A stretch of 5,283 nucleotides of DNA, from the NCBI RefSeq assembly GCF_006345805.1, contig NW_021830096.1, positions 1 through 5,283 on the forward strand, in the 5' to 3' direction. Positions within the stretch are counted from its first letter, which is position 1. Each line of letters begins with the position of its first letter. Below the pieces are notes generated by a model. It saw only the letters and a list, made by a program, of their open reading frames with translations. It had not been told where the DNA came from and did no database searches. Source of the stretch: Octopus sinensis. Taxonomy: Eukaryota. A program made the translations under genes and the position numbers. Of the stretch, positions 1-5,283 are shown in pieces.

Positions 1-267
1 GAATCGCTAAGTGACGGGGACGTAAACACACCAGCATTGGCTGTCAAGCAATGCTAGGGGGACAAACACCGACAAACACACACACACACACATAAATATA
101 TATATATACATATATACGACAGTCTTCTTTCAGTTTCCGTCTACCAAATCCACTCACGCCCGGGGCTATAGCAGAAGACACTTGCCCAAGATTCCACGTA
201 GTGGGACTGAACCCGGAACCATGTGGTTGGTTAGCAAACTACTTACCACACAGCCACTCCTGCGCCT
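1..267 (-). mobile_element. tRNA-derived SINE, family A, copy 1 (3' end runs off the window)
   Basis: The reverse complement reads AGGCGCAGGAGTGGCTGTGTGGTAAGTAGTTTGC...CCGGGTTCAGTCCC...CTTGGGCAAGTGTCTTCTGCTATAGC...GGAAACTGAAAGAAGAC-(TA/TG)n-TTTGTCCCCC...GCTGGTGTGTTTACGTCCCC. It is colinear with the + copy at 902-1316. It has Pol III A box (TGGCTGTGTGG) and B box (GGTTCAGTCC) motifs, and about 13 nt are deleted near 157 relative to copy 2. Confidence 0.9.
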
Positions 268-340
268 ATACATATACATATATATGCTTGTACAGAAAAA
301 AAAACCCCGGAAAGCACCATCATAGTCATTTTCTTTCTTC

Positions 341-398
341 TCATCATCTTCATCATCTTCAATGTCATCATCATTTATCATCGTCGTCGTCGTCGTCA
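341..398. repeat. Degenerate (TCA)n/(TCG)n trinucleotide microsatellite
   Basis: TCATCATCTTCATCATCTTC...TCATCATCA...TCGTCGTCGTCGTCGTC is read directly. It is the source of the poly-D/E/T/S/H stretches in the ORF track. Confidence 0.9.
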
Positions 399-406
399 TT
401 TTCCTC

Positions 407-538
407 TCATCTTTCCGGGATCAATAGAATAATAAGTACCAGTCAAGTACTGGTGTCGATGTAATCGAATTGCACTCCCAGCCGCTCACCCCAAGCCCCT
501 CCTCTCCACAAATTTATTGGCCTTTAGCGCGGAAACTA
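407..538 (+). mobile_element. SINE family B, 3' half (diverged)
   Basis: TCATCTTTCCGGGATCAATAGAATAATAAGTACCAGTCAAGTACTGGTGTCGATGTAATCGA...CCACAAATTTATTGGCCTT aligns to TCATCCTTTCGGGGTCGATAAATTAAGTACC...CTGGGGTCGATGTAATCG (2866-2917) and to the tail of the minus-strand copy at 2664-2720. Confidence 0.75.
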
Positions 539-628
539 GGTGGCAAGCGTGCCAGGATTGATAGCACGCCGGACAAAATGCTGAGCTACAATTAATTCGT
601 GTGTTTTGACAATCTGAGTTCGAAATCC
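539..628 (+). mobile_element. SINE family B, 5' head (diverged, 3'-truncated)
   Basis: GGTGGCAAGC...ATAGCACGCCGGACAAAATGCTGAGC...CTGAGTTCGAAATCC aligns to the head of the intact copy at 2761-2845 (TTAGCACGCCGGGCGAAATGCTTAGC...TGAGTTCAAATTCC). The B-box-like GAGTTCGAAATCC is retained. Confidence 0.75.
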
Positions 629-669
629 TCCTCATCATCGACATCATCATCATCATCTTCATTATTATT
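628..669. repeat. Degenerate (TCA)n then (TTA)n microsatellite
   Basis: TCCTCATCATCGACATCATCATCATCATCTTCATTATTATT is read directly. Confidence 0.85.
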
Positions 670-690
670 GCGGTATTTCCTCAGTTGTTT

Positions 691-900
<210 letters not shown>

Positions 901-901
901 T

Positions 902-1316
902 AGGCACAGGAAAGGCTGTGTGGTAAGTACTTTTGCTTACCAACCATGTGGTTCCGGGTTCAGTCCCACTGCATAGCACCTTGTGGAGGTGTCTTCAACT
1001 ATAGCTTAGGGCCGACCAAACCCTTGTGAATGGATCTGCTAGGCGAAAACTGAAAGAAGCCTGTCATGTATATATATAAATGTGTGTATGTGTGTGTGTG
1101 TGTGTGTGTGTGCATGTATATTTCTGTGTTGTGTGTGCTTGTCCCCCAACATCGCTTGACAAACGATGCTGGTGTGTTTACGTCCCGGTAAAAAGAAACC
1201 GACAGAATAAGTACTAGGCTCACAAAGAATAAGTCCTGGGGTCGATTTGTTCGACTAAAGGTGGTGCTCCAGCATGGCCACAGTCAAATGACTGAAACAA
1301 GTAAAAATAAAAAATA
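902..1316 (+). mobile_element. tRNA-derived SINE, family A, copy 2 (near full length)
   Basis: It has head AGGCACAGG..GGCTGTGTGG (A box 913-923), B box GGTTCAGTCC (957-966), an internal (TA)/(TG)n tract (~1067-1137), the 3' module AATAAGTAC...CTGGGGTCGATTTGTTCGAC and tail GAAACAAGTAAAAATAAAAA. It is homologous to 1-267 and 1431-1613. It is probably one of the described octopus tRNA-derived SINE families (OK/OR1/OR2), but I cannot assign which. Confidence 0.92.
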
Positions 1317-1322
1317 TAAAAG

Positions 1323-1430
1323 TATATATATATATATATATATAATATATATATACCACACACGTAAAGTATAAAAGAATAAAAGAATATATATATAATA
1401 TATATATATATAATATATATATACATATAT
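1323..1430. repeat. (TA)n microsatellites (1323-1355 and 1387-1430) separated by a SINE-tail-like TAAAAGAA x2 (1372-1387)
   Basis: Read directly. TAAAAGAATAAAAGAA resembles the family A tail GTAAAAGAGTAAAAGAG. Confidence 0.9.
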
Positions 1431-1613
1431 AGGCGCAGGAGTGGCTGTGTGGTAAGTGGCTTGCTTACCAACCACATGGTTTTCCGGGTTCAGTCCCATG
1501 CGTGGCATCTTGGGCTTGCAAAGAATAAGTCCCGGGGTCGATTTGCTCGACTAAAGGCGGTGCTCCAGCATGGCCACAGTCAAATGACCGAAACAAGTAA
1601 AAGAGTAAAAGAG
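1431..1613 (+). mobile_element. tRNA-derived SINE, family A, copy 3 (internally deleted, ~183 nt)
   Basis: It has an intact A box (1442-1452) and B box (1487-1496). The head is fused at TGGGC (1511-1515) to the 3' module, and the tail is (AGTAAAAG)2. The direct repeat CATATAT flanks it at 1424-1430 and 1614-1620. Confidence 0.93.
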
Positions 1614-1614
1614 C

Positions 1615-1653
<39 letters not shown>

Positions 1654-1654
1654 G

Positions 1655-1685
<31 letters not shown>
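1615..1685. repeat. (TA)n microsatellite
   Basis: About 70 nt of TA repeat with few interruptions. Confidence 0.97.
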
Positions 1686-1709
1686 TTGGAGAGAAGATTT
1701 TTTCTCAAA

Positions 1710-1907
1710 GAGTTAAGATTGAGAATAGAACCTTTTTCGAAAGTCGAAGGACACTAACCTTTGTGACGAGATTTCACAACACATTAAGAACTGAAAGCTC
1801 TTGCACATTTATAAAAGCAAACCCTTCACAGATTTAAAGAAATCCCTTCCCAAAGGTTCGTGTCTTTCGACTTCTTTCTAAAATGGTTCTTTCCTCAATC
1901 TTTTCTC
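1710..1907. repeat. Long imperfect inverted repeat (foldback / MITE-like)
   Basis: Arm 1710-1775 matches the reverse complement of 1839-1907 at 55/66 positions plus one 3-nt indel. The core 1741-1763 vs 1851-1873 matches 21/23. The spacer is 63 nt. Confidence 0.85.
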
Positions 1908-2498
1908 AACCATCGGATCTAAAGTTACGCTGAAATCACGAGATGCGTGCACTGGACTTCACACGACTACGAAAAGAATATTTGTTTTTAATTTTTCAAA
2001 ATTTAAAGAAAAAAGTTTGGTGTTAATTTTTACGAATTTTTCTTTTGGAATCACAGTTTAAAAAACGGACAGTCCGAAATGTTGGCTTAAATCCCAACAA
2101 TTGACCATTAAATGTGTTTATAAGGAGAAAAACATTAAAAAAAAGTTCATACATCAGACTCACAAGCGAACGAGGAGGGTATGAGGTGGTCGTGAAATGT
2201 ACCAAAAATAACAGCCAAATAGGCATTAAATTACGCACCAAATTTTTTTTGTTTTGTTTTTGCATAATCGTATGATTTTCTATGTGTAGAACACAAATTC
2301 AAAAACATTTTCTGAAAATTCCAAAAACTAAAAAAAGGGGGTTATATAGCGTGCTTAACGCAGAATTCCGCCAGAAATCATACCCAGGACTTATCGTATT
2401 TAACCTAAATTCAAACCCATTCCCTAATGCATGTCCCTATTTTAAAATTTTATCCAAATAAAAATTATGGATTTCTCTCTTTTACTTTTATCCTCTAG

Positions 2499-2585
2499 AT
2501 TCGTCTCATAAGCTCAAATAATTTTTCATCTCATTGCACGTGTAATTTCAGAAGACTGAACTTCCTGCTACGCTCAGGATATGAC
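2499..2585 (+). CDS. Candidate internal coding exon, 87 nt, phase 0/0 (IRLISSNNFSSHCTCNFRRLNFLLRSGYD), gene unknown
   Basis: A pyrimidine tract TTTCTCTCTTTTACTTTTATCCTCTAG ends at 2498, followed by donor AC|GTATGT at 2586. The length is a multiple of 3 and only the phase-0 frame is free of stops. There is no transcript evidence. Confidence 0.4.
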
Positions 2586-2663
2586 GTATGTATGTAATCC
2601 ACACTTAACTATACACTTATTTATATGGTCTGTATTATGCATCAGATTAAACATCAGATAGAA

Positions 2664-3106
2664 AATAATCTTTTTTATTTTAGGCACAAGACCCGAAATT
2701 TTGTGGGAGGGGGCCAGTCGATTATACCGACCCCAGTGCGTAACTGGTATTTAATATATCGGCGACGAGCTGGCAGAACCGTTAGCACGCCGGGCGAAAT
2801 GCTTAGCGGTATTTCGTCTGCCGTTACGTTGTGAGTTCAAATTCCGCCAAGGTCGACTTTGCCTTTCATCCTTTCGGGGTCGATAAATTAAGTACCACAC
2901 TGGGGTCGATGTAATCGTCTTAATACCTTTGTCTGTCCTTGTTTGTCCCCTCTATGTTTAGCCCCTTGTGGTTAATAAAGAAATAGGTATTTAATATATC
3001 GACCCGGAAAGGATGAAAGGTAAAGTCGACCTCGGCGGAATTTGAACTTAGAACGTAGCGACGGGCGAAATGTCGCTAAGCATTCCGTCCAGCGTGCCAA
3101 CGATTC
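2664..3106 (-). mobile_element. SINE family B host copy (5'-truncated), split by the insertion at 2761-2985
   Basis: The reverse complement of 3106-2986 joined to 2745-2664 gives a continuous GAATCGTTGGCACGC...GAGGTCGACTTTACCTTTCATCCTTTCCGGGTC-GATATATTAAATACC-AGTTACGCACTGGGGTCGGTATAATCGACTGGCCCCCTCCCACAAAATTTCGGGTCTTGTGCC...GATTATT. Confidence 0.9.
2761..2985 (+). mobile_element. SINE family B, full-length young copy with 15-bp TSD
   Basis: It has A-box-like TGGCAGAACCG (2771-2781), B-box-like GAGTTCAAATTCC (2833-2845) and tail AATAAAGAAATA. Identical GGTATTTAATATATC flanks it at 2746-2760 and 2986-3000. Confidence 0.93.
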
Positions 3107-3169
3107 TTTTTTTACTCTTAGCACATACAGTAACTGCATTTATTTCTCTGAAGACTGTTAGAATGATAT

Positions 3170-3220
3170 AAACGTCTCTGATGAGAACCCAGTAAGGTTC
3201 GGAAACCGATTAAGGTTGTT
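3170..3220 (+). ncRNA. Hammerhead-ribozyme-like motif (probably degenerate)
   Basis: CTGATGA (3178-3184) is followed by a perfect 5-bp hairpin GAACC/cagtaa/GGTTC (3185-3200), then G-GAAAC (3201-3206) and an ACC/gattaa/GGT hairpin followed by T. It deviates from the canonical core by one extra G before GAAA, and stem I is weak. Confidence 0.4.
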
Positions 3221-3437
3221 CCTCGTTTTTTCAGTCTACGGAGAAATGGCTAAAAATTGCCCCGTTTATAATTATACCATATGTTATAAACACACACATA
3301 TATCTATAGCAACGTTATTCTATATTGTGCTCTGCTTTGTAACAAAATGAATTCGATCTGAGTCAAAGATCGTTTCGGCTGTTAGAGACAATCCTGTCTT
3401 TTATCGAATGGCAGCAACTGAATCACTGATCCCTTTG

Positions 3438-3469
3438 AAACTACTCTACTAGTAAACTACTCTATCAGT
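3438..3469. repeat. 16-bp tandem duplication
   Basis: AAACTACTCTACTAGT / AAACTACTCTATCAGT (14/16), with a third partial unit AAATACTCTA at 3482-3491. Confidence 0.7.
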
Positions 3470-4009
3470 ATATCCATATATAAATACTCTATAATGTACA
3501 TAGTCCATCTGAAAAAAGAAAATCGTTTTACGGTTCAGATAAATATTTCTCTAATTATCTACACTCGGATTATTTTGAAATAAATTAACATGCTTGGAAC
3601 TGTGTAGGGAGGCATGAAATACATAATTTCTTTCGAAATCGTATTTCTCTAGAGCTTGATTCTTGTCTTTATGTAATGCTTACGTAGGTAATACTGAAGG
3701 TGCAACATTCGGAGAGAACTCTTTTGAAAACTATATTCTTTTTCTCCATGGAATTGTATTATCTATTATGTTTATCTTTATGACAAAAAGCAAATAATCT
3801 GAACTCTAGAAAGAAATAGAAGACATAGTCTGCCTGTAATATTATTCAGCTACAGTACAGTTACACTGGTAAAGCTACCGCCTATTTTAACAAAACGCAC
3901 ATCCTTGTTTTCATATCAGACAAAAAAATTATGGCTGGACTCTTGGAAGCAAGTAAATTAGCCATTCCATTGAACTGTGAATTTTCATAACATATGGACA
4001 ATGTATATG

Positions 4010-4300
4010 TCATACTTGATTTAGAATATTCATTTATCAGTCGATTTTCTATCGAATAATATAAACAATACAGAAGTTTTATCTAAAACAAAGTGTTTTC
4101 GATTTTGTTCCAGAGCTTATCAGTCAGTTGTCTTGCGAATAATGTTGAGTATATAACATATCTTCGATTTCCTTTTCATAGATTATGATTCAATTGTCTT
4201 TAGAATATTACAGATAATATAAATGTTTTATCTAAAATAGATTATTTCTTCGATTTCCGCCCATGGTTTATCGGTCTGTTGTCTAACAAATAGCATCAAT
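4010..4300. repeat. Old degenerate minisatellite (65-86-nt units, ~150-nt higher-order period)
   Basis: TCGATTT recurs at 4099, 4164 and 4250 (TTGATTT at ~4015). GTTTTATCTAAAA is exact at 4076-4088 and 4225-4237. TTATC(A/G)GTC occurs at 4034, 4117 and 4268. Confidence 0.65.
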
Positions 4301-4315
4301 ATTGCTCGATGTGTC

Positions 4316-4517
4316 GGGCTGCGAGTTGGTCGAACCGTTAGCAAATCATCGGACAAAATACTTAACAGCATTTCTTCCCACGGCTGTCGAGTTCTGAGGT
4401 TCAAATGCCACCGAACTCGACTTTGCCTTTCGGGGTCGATAAAATAAGTACCATTTGAGAACTGGGTTCCATGAAATCCCTAAAATCACTGGGCTTGTGT
4501 CAAAATTAGAACGAATT
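4316..4517 (+). mobile_element. SINE family B, old diverged copy
   Basis: GCGAGTTGGTCGAACCGTTAGCA...CGGACAAAATACTTAACAGCATTTC...GGTTCAAATGCCACCGAACTCGACTTTGCCTTTCGGGGTCGATAAAATAAGTACC...ACTGGG...CTTGTGTCAAAATTAGAA. An 8-nt deletion lies between the two CCTTT repeats of GCCTTTCATCCTTTC. Confidence 0.85.
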
Positions 4518-4567
4518 TTGTGTGTATGTCTTCGATTTTACTTCATATTCAAAACTACGTGCGTAGA

Positions 4568-4667
4568 GGATTCGTGGCCGAATGGATAAGGAAATCGCTT
4601 CGCCGTCGGGTGGCTCCAGGTTCAATCCTCCGACATATTTTGAACAAGTTGTTTTTAGCTTCAAGCC
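4568..4667 (+). mobile_element. tRNA-Arg-like SINE head, old family A-related fragment
   Basis: It has A box TGGCCGAATGG (4575-4585), CT-TCG at the anticodon position (4598-4602) and B box GGTTCAATCC (4619-4628). The following TTGAACAAGTTG..TAGCTTCAAGCC resembles family A TTGGGCAAGTG..TAGC..GGGCC. Confidence 0.6.
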
Positions 4668-4689
4668 GCTCCAAGTATTAGAGATTCAG

Positions 4690-4891
4690 AAAATAGCTGT
4701 TAGAGCGCCAGAGAAAATGTCCTACGAAATTTGTTCTGCATTTTTATGTCGTGTTGAAACTTCGCCGAGGTCAAACTTTGCCTTTCATAAACTCCAACGC
4801 AGATCAATTAAGCAAAGTACCAAGTCGATGGTACTTGATAAATACTTCCCTCAAAGTTGCTGGCCTTGTTACAAAATCAGAAGCCATAATT
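4690..4891 (+). mobile_element. SINE family B, very old diverged copy
   Basis: GTTAGAGCGCCAGAGAAAATG...TTCGCCGAGGTCAAACTTTGCCTTTCAT...AAGTACCA...CCCTCAAAGTTGCTGGCCTTGTTACAAAATCAGAA is colinear with the other B copies. Confidence 0.75.
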
Positions 4892-5283
4892 ATATTGACT
4901 TCAATTTCTAGTATATTTATGTTCCCACAATGTGCATTCCAAGTTGGTGTGTTCACACGCGTAGAGGCATTTATTTAAGTCAAGTACCTTCATGAGTATT
5001 GACAATAAGTAGTTCTAGTTATACGGATCGAACGGAGACGGAACCATAGCGTAAATAAATTAAACGCAGCAGGTAATTGAAAATTCGTTGGCAATTTACC
5101 TAGTTATTGTGAAAAACTGCGTAGGACAGGAGAAGTATATTTACCGAAAACGTGGTATTTCCTTCTCAAGCGACTTGTCTTATAAAGTGGATTGGAGAAA
5201 TTTGACAGCAGGAAAGAATTTAATTACGCTTACTCACTGGTTTTATTTAGTCACATGTCACACTTTATCTTGGGACTTTCTAA

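Noticed and set aside
166-464. ORFs 166-399 (-) and 201-464 (+)
   Set aside because: They are translations of a SINE head plus (TCA/TCG)n repeat. The poly-T/D/E/H/S runs are repeat artefacts.
999-1837. ORFs 999-1223, 1220-1477, 1284-1508, 1449-1757, 1652-1837
   Set aside because: They are derived from SINE A copies and (TA)n tracts, with no domain-like sequence.
2349-2374. Minus-strand CTGGCGGAATTCTGCGTTAAGCACGC resembles the family B head
   Set aside because: The match is about 25 nt, needs gaps, and does not extend in either direction.
1910-2470. AT-rich block with homopolymer runs, including ORF 2023-2265 (-); possible DNA-transposon or Helitron remnant
   Set aside because: I found no terminal repeat, Helitron end hairpin or transposase motif by eye. 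A repeat-library search is needed.
2625-2834. ORF 2625-2834 (+)
   Set aside because: It runs through an antisense SINE tail and across the insertion junction, so it is a chance frame.
3660-3797. Open frame ...NTEGATFGENSFENYILFLHGIVLSIMFIFMTKSK* with a faint cNMP-binding-like GxxFGE motif
   Set aside because: It is short, has a mediocre acceptor and no good donor, and the motif is not followed by the rest of the domain.
4010-4300. CRISPR-like repeat/spacer array
   Set aside because: The repeats are degenerate and irregular, the context is eukaryotic, and there are no cas genes.
4568-4635. Possible functional tRNA-Arg gene
   Set aside because: The acceptor and anticodon stems do not pair and the 3' flank resembles the SINE body, so it is treated as a SINE head.
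4582-4978. ORFs 4582-4911 (109 aa) and 4751-4978
   Set aside because: They lie over decayed SINE sequence, with no recognisable protein similarity.
5071-5101. AGGTAATTG...CAATTTACCT small inverted repeat
   Set aside because: A 9-bp AT-rich stem with a bulge is expected by chance at this composition.

Overview
AT-rich eukaryotic DNA, mostly non-coding and dense in repeats. The mix of (TA)n/(TG)n/(CA)n microsatellites and two tRNA-derived SINE families resembles octopus (Octopus sp.) genomic DNA. This assignment is recalled from repeat style and was not checked by a search. Family A SINEs (head AGGCGCAGGAGTGGCTGTGTGG) occur at 1-267 (-), 902-1316 (+) and 1431-1613 (+, internally deleted), with an old diverged head at 4568-4667. 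Family B SINEs (head GGCG.CGAGCTGGCAGAA.CGTTAGCACGCC) occur as pieces at 407-628, as a nested pair at 2664-3106, and as old copies at 4316-4517 and 4690-4891. The most informative items are: (1) a young B copy inserted antisense into another B copy with a perfect 15-bp target-site duplication, creating a 121-bp inverted repeat; (2) a hammerhead-ribozyme-like motif at 3170-3220; (3) a ~200-bp foldback element at 1710-1907; (4) a stem-loop module shared by both SINE families; (5) a candidate 87-nt phase 0/0 coding exon at 2499-2585. All supplied ORFs appear spurious (microsatellite- or SINE-derived). I see no prokaryotic gene, CRISPR array or complete protein-coding gene.
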